Part shown: positions 26,301 to 41,300 of the stretch, piece by piece
Numbering within the stretch: position 1 is the first letter of the stretch
Layout of the letters: every line of letters starts with the position of its first letter
Source of the DNA: Bugula neritina
Lineage: Eukaryota > Animalia > Bryozoa
Direction: 5' to 3'
Length of the DNA: 64,000 nt
Assembly: GCA_964035545.1 (NCBI GenBank)
Contig: OZ037767.1
Location: 25,684,628 to 25,748,627, forward strand
Notes under the pieces: generated by a model
Databases searched by the model: none
What the model saw: the letters and a program-made list of their open reading frames with translations, nothing else
What the model was told of the DNA's origin: nothing
Position numbers and translations under genes: made by a program

Positions 26301-29300
26301 TCGCTTACCTGAATGGACAGGTAAGCAGTTGTCAGTGAATAATACGTTATTCCAACGTGATGTTTACTGTAATGCATTCAATTTCAATTTGCACAAATTT
26401 ATTTACATCTTATTTCGAAGAGAAGTGAAAACCTACCTTAATCTTTTTGCTGCAATATATTCCTGTAATAACTACTTTAATTATCATAATCATTACGTAG
26501 GTACACCTTTATTACTTCAAAGTGTAAATTTTCTAGCCTCAACTATGTGTTTTCAGTTATTGTTTGTACATGATAATAATCACACAGTTATTCGTATTCA
26601 GCCTTAGTCATAGTATTAAACCATCAAATTATATTTTAAATACTGGTTTCCTTGTTGCTCAAATGATCATCACACATCCATTAGTAGTGTTCATTTGCTA
26701 ATAATACTTGTACGTCTGTCAAAACATTGGCATTATAATGAATGATGCATAAATACCTATTAAATGGATAATTTAAGCTAAATATAATTACCTCTGCTAT
26801 TAATAGCAACAATCACAATCTCAACTTTGCAAGCTCCTATCACTATGAGTAGAAAACTACACTAACTTATTTGACCATTAGGTGGTAGCAGACGTTTATG
26901 AAAGTGAAATTTGTTAGGATTTGTTCTCTCAATGTTTCTAGAATGAGCAGCTGCATATTCCGCTGAATCATTCTGCTACCACTGCATACTCTCACCTAAA
27001 CTGTTTCCATGGATCCTATTGCTTATGGCTAGAGAGTAAGAACACGACAACTGATCTACTTTGGTACCAGAAAATTACGAAACAAAACTTGACTGTGTCT
27101 AGAATAGATAATCTCACTTTGACTTCCTCGTCTATTCTGAAGCAGTGGCACCAGCAAGTACAACCAATCCCAGGTAGGATCTGAGTTCCACCAACAGATT
27201 TGCTTTTATCACCTATGCTATACTATGTACACCACACGCTATATAACAAGGTGCTAGTGGTGTTACATTTGGTGAGAACTTTTTAACAATTTTTGAGTAA
27301 AGTAGATACAGCTGGCATAGTTAAAATGTAATGCCCTGTTAATTTGAACACCTTATTCAGACAGATTTTAAAAAAAAGCTTGTTGCTGTTTGTATTGTTG
27401 CTGTTGCTTTTTATTTGTTTCAATTGGGCTTCTTGCTATAGCAGTATAACTTTGGTAGTTCACTAAAAATGTAGTAAATTGATATCCATATTATGTTTTA
27501 TGTTTCAGTGCCCGCAGCTTCTCCCAGCTTTGCAGACGTCTATGCTGACAGCAGCAGTGTGGAAGTTATATGGGAAAAACCAAACATTCTTGCACACCTT
27601 GTTAAAACTGCTCAGAATCTTAATTTTTTATGGAATCGCAACACAGATATATATAAATTTATGCAATGTTAGTCTTTACCTACTCTGTGCTTTGTAAAGG
27701 ATAACTGATAATCTATTTTTCAGCTATTTTAATTGTGAGAACAATTATTAATATTAATTTCTTTAGTCAATTATATGACTCAGAAACTATCAAACATAAC
27801 AACGAGTAACTAGATGGTTTGATTGTTCAAAATTTGAATTATTTTAGCTTTAACCATGCTTCCAGAGTTAGAACGCTTACCCTGCACTAACAACTTTATG
27901 TCAGATATTATAATGCTGTCACATGGCGCTTGTTTTTGTAGCAATGCTCACCTTAATGAACGTAAACTAGGATCGTATCTATAATAATTCTTTTTAAACC
28001 ACTATGAGGGTTTAACCTTGTTGTAGGCAAATGTTTTAGCAGTGTTTTATTAAATTTGGGATTTTATTGTTTGACGGTATTTTTATCAGCTGAAGCTGCT
28101 TGGTCTAACTGGACATACGAGCTCAACATATCCAACCCTGATGACTCATACAAAATTGTGATTAGCGGAATTCATTCACTTCTGGAGTATCGGTTCACGG
28201 ACCTCAACTCTAGCACTGAGTACCGCTTGTCTCTTGTCGCTTACAAGTGAGTCAAAAACACTAAAAATAGAAAATGTCTAAAATATATATTACAACTAAA
28301 ATTAGAATGTGATCAGTGTTCAATTTAATAAAAACGTTTAATGATTATTGCTATTACAAAACATAGAAATTGATTAGTTTTACATGAACTGAACTGGATG
28401 TGTAAAACATGTATTATGTAAGATGTTTTGTTCACTAGTTGTCTGATTCAAATTGTTGAGAAGTTAAATTTTTCATAGCTCACACAGTTTCATGTAGTTT
28501 TCCAATCAGCAGTGACATGTTCTAGTTGTAAACTTAATAGAAGCTTAAAAGAAAAGGGATGTTTGGGGAATTTTTAAATAAATACAAAAAAAATTCATGA
28601 TTATTTATTTACTCATGAGTGCAAAAGTTGTGCATTGTAAGACAACTTCTAAATAGTTTTACAAAGTTTTCCATAATTAAAAATTTATTCCAAGTTGTTG
28701 TCTTACAGAAGTAGTTTTCTGTTGTAGTGACATCAAAAGAAGTCCTCCAAAGACAGTTGTTGTGAGGACACTTTCAACAGACCCTGTGATTTACACAAGT
28801 GATGGCTTTTCTATCACATCAATGGATGTGTTTGGACGAAATCAGAAGACATGGGTGCTTGCTAACATTGGTTCTAATAGAATTATTTGTGGTAAGAAAA
28901 ATTGTTAGTTTGAATTCTTTGAAAAGTGCTAAGGAACTATCAACCAGTTTCTTATTGTTTACAAAATTGTAGGCCTTAATATTAAATATCTGAATATATT
29001 TAAAAGAAATGTTAATCAACCCAATTTGCTTTTTGTGTAAATTTCCTTAATTAGTTATAATTTGATCTCAAGCAGTTGCTTAGTTTCAGTGGACTCGTGG
29101 TATGCATTCTCAAGAAGGTGTATGTCTCTACAGAGTTAGAGGTTGGGGGAAACAACTTCTTGTATGTCATCACGGTGACGTCATTGGCTCTCAAATGTTC
29201 CCGGAGACAGAATTCAGCTCTTCTTGCACTCGACTTGTCTACAGCCGGCAGTCTCAACGTTACGTCTCAGATACCAGATGTTACTTCGATTGCTTATGAC

Positions 29301-32300
29301 TGGATTGGAAAGGTTATATCATAATTATACAATATTATATTATGATATTGTTTATAATATCTCATTATATACTACCTACCAAATTGTACATGCAGTGGCG
29401 TTCTAGTCATGAAACCACTACTGGCATATACATTGCACAAGCAGACTACCTGATATGCTGTAATAATTGGGATCACACTATATTTACCATCTTTTGATGT
29501 GCAATTATTAAAATAATCACTTTATATATAGCCACTACATAGATACACTGCATATATATAGTCACTACATATAAACACTGACTATAACCACTAACTATAG
29601 CTACTGTAACATACAACCACTACTTACAACTACTGCCTAATACAACCACTCCATAGTATAACCACTGGATAATACAATCACTGGATAATATAACTACTGT
29701 CATATATTGCAGATACTAATGTCATATATTTTAGATACTGTTGTTATAAAATTATTTTATGCTAATTACTTTTTAGTATCTAATGTTTCATTATGAATAG
29801 TAAAAGTGCTACACAGTAAGCACTACTAAAATCAATACGTGCACAACTCAGTTCTTGTTTGCTTCAAAGTCTTAAAATTAGACACATTTTGTATAATTTC
29901 CAAGTTTATAAATTAAAAGAGCTTGGAAAGCTTTTCATTCTGTTTATTTAAAAACAATATAGCAGTTTGCGAAAGCCATGAGATATGCTTTCGGCTGTTC
30001 ATTGACAAAATTTACAAACCATTGCTCCCAACTCTTAATACTTACTCTTAATTTTTCAGAAAGTCTACATGGTGGAGCGGGAAGAGAGAATTTACAGACA
30101 AGATGTCAATGATGATAGCTCTCCTCGAGTAGCATTGACCTCTATGCTGCCATACGATGTCGAAGATATCGCAGTTGACTCATCCAATGCTGTCATGTAC
30201 TGGTCATCACGGATCTCCATCTTCAGCTGCAGCTTTGGTTAGTGATAGTAAATTCATAGAAATGCTGCTTTCAATGATTGACTGGAACCACAAAAAGCTT
30301 GTATAATTTTATGCATATTGTATTACTATATACTCATAATATATACTATACTGTATATTTATTACGCTGGTATACTATATATTCATATATTATACTTGTA
30401 TATTATACTAGCATATTACTGTTGTATATTAAACCTGTATATTAATCTCTATTTTAAAAGAATCTACTTGATCAATCAACAAAGTTTCAAGTCTCTTGAT
30501 TCTAGATTTTGTTTTCACATGCCTTTTACTCAAAGCTTCAATATTTTATGCTTATTTTAAATATTGTGAGCAACTAATATTTATTGAGCAGTTTTGAAAG
30601 GCACAATTATAGTTTGTCTGATACAATCTTGACACATGCGTATGTAGTCTCTGTTCCAAAGGCACTGATTAGTTTTAGAAGAGAGAATTAGTGATCAGCA
30701 TCTGTTAACCTTTGACCTCTAAACGTTTGACTATTTTTATTCTAATCTATTTATAATTGACTAAGCATTCAACTATCTCACTTACAATGCATCGCATGCA
30801 GTTAATAGCATCTTGAAAGTAATAATAAAACTGCAATATGATAAACTCGCTAAAATGTCTCCTGGGTTAACTTTTAATAAGAAAAGCTGCTTGACCCTAA
30901 GTTTAGTATACATGTGTGCAAAAATTAAGGCAGCATGATGAAATACTCTACAGCTAATTTAATTTGTCTGTGACAGCAGCTGATTTTAGTAATTTACCTT
31001 TTTCCTCCTACTGTTTGTTCAAGTTGTATCTGTCTTGTTACAGCCGTGATCTATGCATGAAAGTGCATTCTTCTTCATTAAAATAATTTGCGAAAACCCC
31101 TTCACTCTTCCACTTGTGTAATGTGTTGAATAGGAATGTGTTGATATTAGCTTTCCTTTTACCAGGACCATTCCGTAAATGTGATGAGAGTCGTCCCATC
31201 TATACCTTACCTAAGTACAGCGTTCTAGCCGGACCAGTGGTTGATATTTTCACCAATACTTTGAGATGGATCAAACTAAACACAACAGGAATTGAGGTGT
31301 TCAATCTTGACCTCAGTACTCAAGTACAAGGTCCCACGTCTTCACTTAGAAACCTCAACAGGTAAAATAATAGACTTGAATATGGAGGTGTCGGCACATA
31401 TTCATAGTTGACCATTATTTAAACATGTCCCGCTGTTGACTATAAATGATGTGTAATATAAAAAGGTTCATAGATTTGATTGGCTGTAGCCAAGTGTTGT
31501 TTGACTATCAGACTGTCTGTTAGAGATTCACAGAGAACAAATACTGTCAAATAAAAATTCTGAATTGCTTGAATTTTTGTATAAATTGGTTTGATTCCAA
31601 ATTGCAAAAAACTGTGATGACAGCTGACAGCTGGAAACTTGAATATCATGAAGTTAAACTTTAGTATGTATAAAGGTTAAGCTTGTAATGATTAATCATT
31701 TTAAATTTAATTCTTTCCTTTTGTGATAACAATTATTGTGCAATAATTGCAAATAAGCAGTTTTCTTTTTATAAATTCTGCATGTTTTGTTTTGCAGTTC
31801 CCAGCCTATGGTGGTTGCAGACGGCAAACTGTATACTGTGGTGGAACAACTCCTGGCATGTATTGACTTACAGACAAATAGCACAGCTACATATCCTGGA
31901 GTTGTGGCCTCTCTCCTCGCTTACAACTCGTCCAAAAGTTTCCCCTCTTTACCAGGTGCTGTACATCATGCTACTTGTTATTGAATATTATATAAGCACT
32001 GAGTCACTGTTATTGTCTCCATTCCTTGCATTATTTGAATGAATCTTTTATTTGATCTTTGGAAATGGTTGGATTGAATGAAACCACAACCATAAGTGCC
32101 AACCGCAACCACAAATCTATCCATCTACAAATCCATTCCAAGCAATGGAAACCAGTGAGTGGGAGGTAGCTTAACCCCCTATCCACACTTACCGTATCGT
32201 ACGCCGTAACAGCAAATATCAGCCATTTTTACAAATGTCTGAGCTTCCTGTACGGTGTTGCGGTACGGTAGGATCAAGCACTGCTTGATTCAAATAAGTT

Positions 32301-35300
32301 GCGCGGACTCCTATTGGACAGAAAAACTTTTGCGTTACTTCATTGGATTTAATTGTCTAATGAAGTGTCATAGATCGTACCTAATAGCGGACTTTGAAAA
32401 CTTCAGCCCGGACACATTAAAAATGGCTGATATTTGCTGTTACGGCGTACGATACGATACGGGAAGTGTGAATAGGGGTTAAAGCTATGGCTCTAAGGTA
32501 CTTGGAAATTTTTAGAATCTGTAGGTCTTGTAAATAGGCTCTTTCTTGCAGTGGAACTTGATGGTTTGAGGTCAAGGAGAAATGCAAATTTAATACTGTG
32601 GCTGTCAAAGCATTGTGTTATAGTGACTTTATAAATACAAGAATTTAGCATATATAAACAGTTTTTATACTATAACTGTCATATAATATTATGCAATAAA
32701 CACCTTATAAATAGAACACATTAACATTAGCACTGGTTGTCCTGATTAATTAGCATATGTATATTTAAACAAGTTATTTATGTTTGCATATCCGGTTCAC
32801 TATAACATAACAGGCTTTCACCACTCATTATGCTGCATTTTTAACACTATTCTGAGTTTATAGGCACATGAAATAGGAAATGAAAATTTTCCCAAAAACG
32901 TTATTTGTGTTTTAAGTAGTGCATTTTTGCTTTTAATTATGATAGTGCACATCTAGTTGAGTGACTAGCCTTAGTGACTGAGATGGTGTATAGCTTAGCT
33001 TGGCTGTACACTCGTTTCATCATGTAGAATTAGATTGAGCAATCACTACGGTTACTAAAAGGTATGTTTCAAGACTCCAAATGTTTGAGTATGCAAATGG
33101 TAGGGTGGGGGTGCAGATGCCTCCAATTCAGCCGTTGTCAAGTTTGTTGGTCAACAGTTTAAGATCTTATGTGCGATATGAAGTCATATAATATTCGATG
33201 GGTAGGTCTATCGGCTCCTGTTCAAGGAGAGGATAAGAAAGGGGGAGGGTTTCAAGTTAGTAGAAAATTCTATATATACTTGCTATAGATTATAGATTAT
33301 ATAATTAATATTATAGAAGACATGGTATATAATACAGGATAGAAAGTACAGAATATAGAATACAGAATAGAGAATATAGAATAGAGAGTATAGAGTGTAT
33401 AGAATACGGAATAGAGAATATAGAATTGAGAGTATAGAATAGAGAATATAGAATTGAGAGTATAGAATAGAGAATATAGAATTGAGAGTATAGAATAGAG
33501 AATATAGAATTGAGAGTATAGAATAGAGAATATAGAATTGAGAGTATAGAATAGAGAGTATAGACTATAGAGCGCAGATATAGCATACAGAATAGAGAGT
33601 GCAGCTCTGTCATGATGTAACAGTATGATGCAACCAGATACATGCCTCTGCTTTCTATTAATAACATCCACGTGCTTCATCTTTTTATATAGTAATTACA
33701 TTATGCTTATGTTTACACCATTATGCTAATCATTTATTTTATAAAAACAATAATAATAATACATCACACCCTTCTAATAACACCCATCACAATTTTATTA
33801 GACCTTTTAGGTTGAATTAGATTGGTGAATAACAGTTGCTGTTAAAATCTACTTTGCAGGCAAAAAGCTGTTATATCGCCTTGGTAATATCAGCCACTTG
33901 GCACTAAGTAAAATATAGCTCAGCATGATAAATTTCAAAATTTGACACATTTAGACTCGGTGATCTGAATCTGATAGCCAATGTGTTTACAAAGTTTCTT
34001 ATGAGTGGTTACACTTGACTGACCTAGAATTAGCTGTGAAAGTGTGTCCAAGCCCTCAGTCTAGCGCATATTACAATGCAATGCGGACTAGTAAAAGCTT
34101 GATTCAGTGATATACTTGCTAGCATATCTACTTACACTTATTATCAATGCAGTTTTATTTGCTCTATTATTGGAGAGCATTATACCGAACAGAGCATTCT
34201 ATTAGTCTTCCGGCTCCGATTACCACACTGTGTTGATGGAGAAATATTCATTCACTGTCGGATAGCACTTGATTTAAAAATTATCTACTACAAACACTTG
34301 CGTCTCCGTGTCAGATGTTTGTTGCCAGCATCGTGCGTGCCACTTTACAGTTACTCTGTAGGAGTACCAGCATATGTTGGTGTCGAATCCTACTGCATGC
34401 TTACGATATGGAGGTAGTATCGTGACTGTACAATCATTCTCACATGGTTTGCATTTGATACTAGCTGATGCCTTCTAGAATGTTCATAGGCAACCTTCTC
34501 TGGATTTTTTACACTTTACTTTTACTACATCTCAAAGGTAAGCATTTGTTCAGATGTACTTGTATTATGATGTCACAGATATACAACTATTCAGACTTGA
34601 CTGCAACTTTCTCAATGAAACACAAGTTTTAATGCTTAAAAACTTTCAACTGTTAGGTTAGACTTTCACTTAGACTTAGATCTTATAATTTCAATTTTGT
34701 GGTAAGGGTGCAGCTAGGAGTTTGCTGCACTGGTCCCAGTCATGGTTTCTAGAAATCTGGCAAAAATATGACTTCACTGCATTGAGAAGAATCTATTTTC
34801 CTGACATTAGAGCAAAATAAAAGCTTTTGGTAATTGTTAGTGCTATATATTTTGTAGTTGGGTAATTTCTTGCCTTAGGATATAAATGAGCTCACTAAAA
34901 CTACCACGATTGCCTGCCTTAAACTTTGAGCTATAAATTAAACACTACAGTTGCAAAAGTTGTTGCATAATACCACCACCCATGCTATTTACTTTTCATG
35001 GTCACGAGTTATGTTAATGTTTTTGCATATTCTGCATTAGCATTGTAAATTTTAACAAATTATTCGCAGCAATAGCTCTGTTCTTTGCTAGCCAAACAGT
35101 AACTTGTACTGTCACAGACACAGCTTGTAAAAAAAACAAAAAGAAAAAGTTAAATCAAAGGGAAGCAGATCATTCTCCCAGCCTACTGATCATCAGCTAC
35201 TTAGCTAAGTTGTTATAAGCAAAGGTGAAGGTTGAGGACCAACTACCAGTCTGATAGAGCAAAATGTAGTGTTGCATTCTTTTGACTGCGATGAGTAAAC

Positions 35301-38300
35301 TCATATTTATCTTGGCCTAATGGTAGACTACAATACTCAACTAAAGTAGCTGGACTCTCAGGTTAAACACTGGTAGTTTTTTTAAGCTTACTTTCTATAG
35401 GCTATGAGCTAACCAACTGCTTTGAGAGACGTTTTAGTTTCAATCACTGAATGTTTACTTAGGGCAATGTCATATTAATAGCCATTAGCCACACTCTATG
35501 CTATCCAACAGGCATTATATAACTATCTAGAATTTTAATTAATAATTCTGTTAATATAAATATTGATGTGATATAAATAATTAATTGGATATTGACAACC
35601 ACTGGATCCTTTCAATGCCACCTGCCATGAGTAATCAAAACATTGTGAACTAAGTCCCCACTCACTTCCTTGAAATTCCCATTTATGATCATTCGTGTAA
35701 ACTGTAATAGATATAAATCTAGATAACCTTTTACTTGCCATAGTAATATCATTATAATATACTAGCTGATGAACCATAAGCCTACATTGAAAGGCACAAT
35801 AGTGTTTTAGTATACAATTTACAAGTTAATGGGCGTGGAGTTAAAAAGCTAAGATCTGTTTTCGTAAAGCTGTAATAAGCTTTAGTGTAGGAGTTACATC
35901 ATTAATGCAGGAAAGTAAAATGCCCTTGAGGAATGCTGTACTGCTTAGTTTTATATTACTGACTGTGTTTAAGACCCACTGCACTTACCTAATAGCTGAA
36001 AATAATTATTATCAGTTGAGTAATTAACTGTAGAGATGTGAAGATATAACTCAACCTCTGAAGGTGAACAAATTAACATCTGGTATAAACAGAAAGCTGG
36101 TGTTTATTATGTTAAATATATAGTTCTAAATTTATAAAAACTAAAAAACTAAAAACGTGCGATGTCAAAACTCACATTTGTAAAACGTTGTCTATATATT
36201 GACTATTCTGCACACCTATCCCTTTTTAGTATAACTGAAGAGATGTTAGACAACAATTACCGCAGTGTATTTTTTGTTAATTTTCAATTTTTTTATATTT
36301 TTTATAAAAGAGTTTTTAAAGACTTTAGATTAAGTTTTCAGGTATTTTGGTCAGACAGGGAGTCAAACTAAGTTAGCTGTACAATTATTTATAGTTTCAG
36401 TCTTTCACTTGAAAGTAGAAGCTTAGAAAGCCATCACAAGCATACCAATACTTAAATACACGCTAGACAGTTAAACTCGGCTGTATTACCTCTCACTCAT
36501 CAGATCTTGTATGACTCATTCGATAATCATTCTCTACTCAATCACTTTTTTGAAACACAAGTCCTTGGTAGAAGTGTGGAATCTGAAATAGAGAATTTTG
36601 GCTAATGCTGAAAATATCATTATCTGTAACCTAATGACAAATGACTAATGTATTACATAGTATGTTACATAGTTAGGAGGTGGTCTATTGGTCAGAGGTG
36701 TTCTAGTGATTAGGGGGTTGGTCTAGTTTTTATTACATTCATTTTTTACCTAATTATTTAAATGTGTGTTTTTAATTTCTTATACAATGAGTTTCAAAGT
36801 ATATTATAATTGCGTTGTTATGTTACAGACATTTTTTATTATTATCACCTTTGAATGAGTATGATTATTTTTGTTGCTGCTTTTGAAATTTGATTTTAAT
36901 CATTGAACTTTAAAATGCATTTTAGTCTTCAAATTCAAGCGATCTGTTACAGGTGTAAACAGCACTGGAGAGGTGAAACCACAGGTAGATGTGGACAGCA
37001 TCCAGGTGTTTGGAACTCATGACAATTTCTCCATCTCATGGTCATTGGCTAACACTTTACCTCCAACTGTAGCTGTGTATTATACAGTTACAGTGCAATC
37101 TGCTATCAACTCATCCATATACTACCAAGTATGTCAACATGCTTCTTAATTAATTATTATATGTATACTGCTGCTATAAAATGTAGATTTCGCAACTCCA
37201 AATGGCCACTATGAAGCAAAAAACATGCTGTAGAGTTACAACAAGCTATTTTTTAGCTATTTGAAGAGAATTACCTCAACATTAAAACCTAACTTTAGAG
37301 TTTTCATCTTCACAAAATGTGACTTAATTTTAGCTTATATGAAATTGCATCCTGGTTGTGCGTTTGCAGAATTTGAATTTGTCTACCCATTCTACTCCTT
37401 TGCTGAGAAATGTTTCTGCCCAGAGCGCCCTGCTGCTTTCTATTCAGCCACACACTTCTTACGACGCCGGAGACAATATCACCCTAGCCCTGGAATCTCC
37501 TGCTGCAGGTACATGCAAAAAGTAACATAGATTTTCACGCTGTCTATTTGATCAAAGACAATATCATAATTTTGCTATTAAAAATGAGGTTTTCGGGAAG
37601 CAAATGCATGTTTTTTGGCATCTCTATAATTCTGGCCAGTGTAAAGATTTGTCCATATTAGAACGTCATAAATACAGACATTTTATATATTTATACACAG
37701 ACAACTTAAAAAACAGCATATTTTGTAAGAATAAAAAAATTTGAATGATTAGAAGCTTTTTTAAAACCAGTGCACTTTCATTGGCTAAACAGTCACTAAC
37801 TTCCTGTATGGACAGTAAACACATTTCATGACAATATTTGTTGTGAAATTAATTTAACTGCACATAACGTTCAATCTTTTTTATTTTATACTCTTGCCAC
37901 CTCAGTACATCTACCAGCTTCTCACAAAAAAGCTTCCAAAAACTCTTGTTACAACTCGATCTTTTACTTTTAACTTCGACTTGTTGATAAAATCTGACAA
38001 CAAATTTTAATACCAAAGCAGCTTGAGTTAGCAAGTAATTTTAGTAGGATGAAAATTTAAAAGTAACACAACATAGCAAGGTCAAGGTTAATATCAACTT
38101 TCTCTCTCATTGTTAATAGTACCTGGAATTTGCACGAGCCTGAGAGTATATTCAATGTTAAATGAGATGAAGATTTATGGGGTTGTTAAATGGGACCCAC
38201 CCGTCTTTACTGGAGGCACTATTATTGGCTATGAAGTTAAGCTCACAACTCAGGTTTGTAGTTTTCACCATATGTAGATTCTGCGTTATTATATTGTGAC

Positions 38301-41300
38301 ATACTACTCTGATTGTTTTAAACCTGAATACGTAATATCACAAGACAATGTTTAGATATAGTTTGTACTGTAAGCTGTAACCCTCGGTATGAATCGAACT
38401 TAATGTTTATATCAAGCTAATAAAGAAGAGAAAAGGTTAAGAGTGCATTAAATAAAGAACAGGGTGTAAACCAGTAGCCACGTTTCATGTTACCAGTTGG
38501 AAATTTTAGGATGGCCAAACAACAGACTACTTGTTTGATGATCCAGATGGTATTGTACCAATCGAAGCTGGGGTCTTGTACAACATTAGTGTAAGAGCTG
38601 AGACGAAAGCAGGATATGGCGGGTGGTCAGATCTCCTTCTCTATAACACATCTACTTCTGGTAAGTTTAACTCTCCATACTAACATTTAATTCAACTCAA
38701 AATACAAATATGATATAAATTAGTTATATTAAATATTATAACACATTGTAGCATATTATATTATACATGTATTATAATGTATTATATTACATATTGTGCT
38801 ATATTTTTTATTGTGTTATGTATTATAGCACACTTTAATATTATCATATTATGTATAATGTTTCATTATATTTTGCTGCTGCAGTTTTAATAATGCCTTT
38901 TAGAGTCCGCTCAAATAGACATAATATAATAAAGGCTAGAATATAATAAATAACTATAAGTAATAGTATATATAACAATTAGATGTAAAATACAACGCCT
39001 AATATATGAAAGTTTACTTTATTTACTTTTTCTACATTATTTAAAGTTAAAACTGGACTATCTGTTTCATTGTGTTAAATTAAATTTGCCATGGAATTGT
39101 TATCTAGTCTCCTCATGCATTGATTTCCTGTTTAGCGTTCCATGTGCCATTCATCACCGCTCACCCTTATACCCCGGAAGAAATAGAGGTCCATTGGCAA
39201 TCAGCTACTTCCACTCTTCAGAACTCTTACAACTTTTCCATTTTCTATTCACTTTCTGGGGAGGACGATTCCGTTACATCACAAGCAGCAAACTACTTGG
39301 TTGGATTTAAGACGATAAAAGCATTGCAACCCGATACGGCATACATTATCAAGGTTTGTCTTCTCTTTATTAATACTTGTGCAATTTCCAATGTTTTTCA
39401 TACAGCCCGTTTATTTTGACATTAAATTTTCTTTAACAAAAAACGAATATCATTGGTTGATATTTTTGTATTAGCCTGAAATATAAGCAGTGGTAGAGCA
39501 TAACCACTATCTTTGTTTTGCTTTTGTCTTGTAATTTCATCTAATCAACAACCTTTGCTGCTTTTAAACAAGGTCCTAAGCTCAATTGCTGCGAGAAGAT
39601 AACTCCAAAGCAATAATGAAGATATTATTATAAGACGTGTCTATTAATTATTCTCTGACATGAATATGATTGCCACAGATGATGGTGTGTAGCATCTCTA
39701 CCAACAAGACTCTGTGGTTTGGCGGAGAACAGTGCGTTTTCAGCAACGTCGTTACGACCCGAAGCTACATCAAACCTCAAGGAGTTATGGTGGAGAGCAT
39801 ATCTTTCAATAAGATTTTAGTGAACTGGACGTCACCTATCCGGGCTGAAGTAGAGAAGCATCATATCAGATATAAACCGGTGACTATAGCTTTATATATA
39901 TGATATATACAACTTAAGGTTTATATGATACGTATGCTAGTAGCATATAGTTATATGTATATGATATAGTAACTTAAGATTTATATGATACGTATACTAG
40001 TAGCGTATAGTTTTATATCATATATACAAGTAAAGTAAAGATCTCTATGAGATATACTAATAGCATATAGATTTAAACAGTATTATATGCAATTAAAGTA
40101 AGACTGGACTGTGTTGTATAAACATGGTAGGTGTGTGGTTAAGCAGAGAGAACAAAGAAAATTTATTTACAAGCTGAATGTTCTAAATTTTAACAATCCT
40201 GTTAAACGTAAATTTTATAGGATGCATTATTTTATTATTTTCTCACTAGAATAAAACTACAATATTCTTGAGAAACATTCAGAGTGTCATCTTTTTTTAT
40301 AAAGTTGTTATTAGATTTTGATATCTAAATTTATAATATCTAAATATGATTTATAACTTCCTAGTGGAGGTGTCTTTATGCGCAGGTGGGCTGACAGTTG
40401 TGTGCAGGTGGGCTGACAGTTGGGTGCAGGTGGGCTGACAGTTGGGTGCAGGTGGGCTGACAGTTGTGTGCAGGTGGGCACTCAGAAAGCTAATCACCAT
40501 GTGCTACAACACTAGGCTATGACATATTGGGAATCTATAGTATGTCATAGTATTGTGCGCTGCAAGAATGTATAGTATATGTCTTATAGCGGATATGCAG
40601 TGGGCTTTGAGAATACTGGTACTTACTTGGTTAAATAATAATCAAATGCCCACCCTGGATAGACATGCTGGTAGTTTGCTTTGTAGTAGCAATCACAAAA
40701 TTCACCCCGTATATTTTGGTTTGAACAAACTGTTTCTTTTTCATGTTTAGTTGCAAATGATTCACATTCTAAATTGTGTAAATGCTACTTTATGGTTTAT
40801 ACAGCTTTGTAGGACTCATTTCACACATTGAGCTAATAGGCAAATAATTGCAGTAGCCATTATAGTAAAAAGGACATATAGATCTACAGATATTTTTGTT
40901 ATTTATAATTTATAATCTAGCTCTTACATTATTACAGTTTACTTTGATGTTAGCATTATTTAGTAATTTGTGCACTTATACACATAATATGTATTTTATA
41001 AAATGCTTGATAATATATCAACAGTTGTAAATAATGCCACATTGTGTGTGTGTGTGTGTGGCCTTATAGTTTGCACAACTATATTTTACAGCTGAATTCC
41101 GATGGAGCGTATTTAAGAACACCCATTGAAACAACAAAGCCAGGTTCTATATACAAAGAAACCTTGGGGAATTTACAGTCAAACACGGAGTATGAAATTA
41201 TACTTGTCCTATCATATAAGAGGTATGCTGACTACATGGTTCCATTAGCTGATGAGATGAAGTTCATCGTCAAGACAAACATGACTCTACCAGGCTCGAT

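Noticed and set aside
33297-33680. Hydrophobic repetitive ORFs
   Set aside because: Artefacts of the 7/28-bp satellite.
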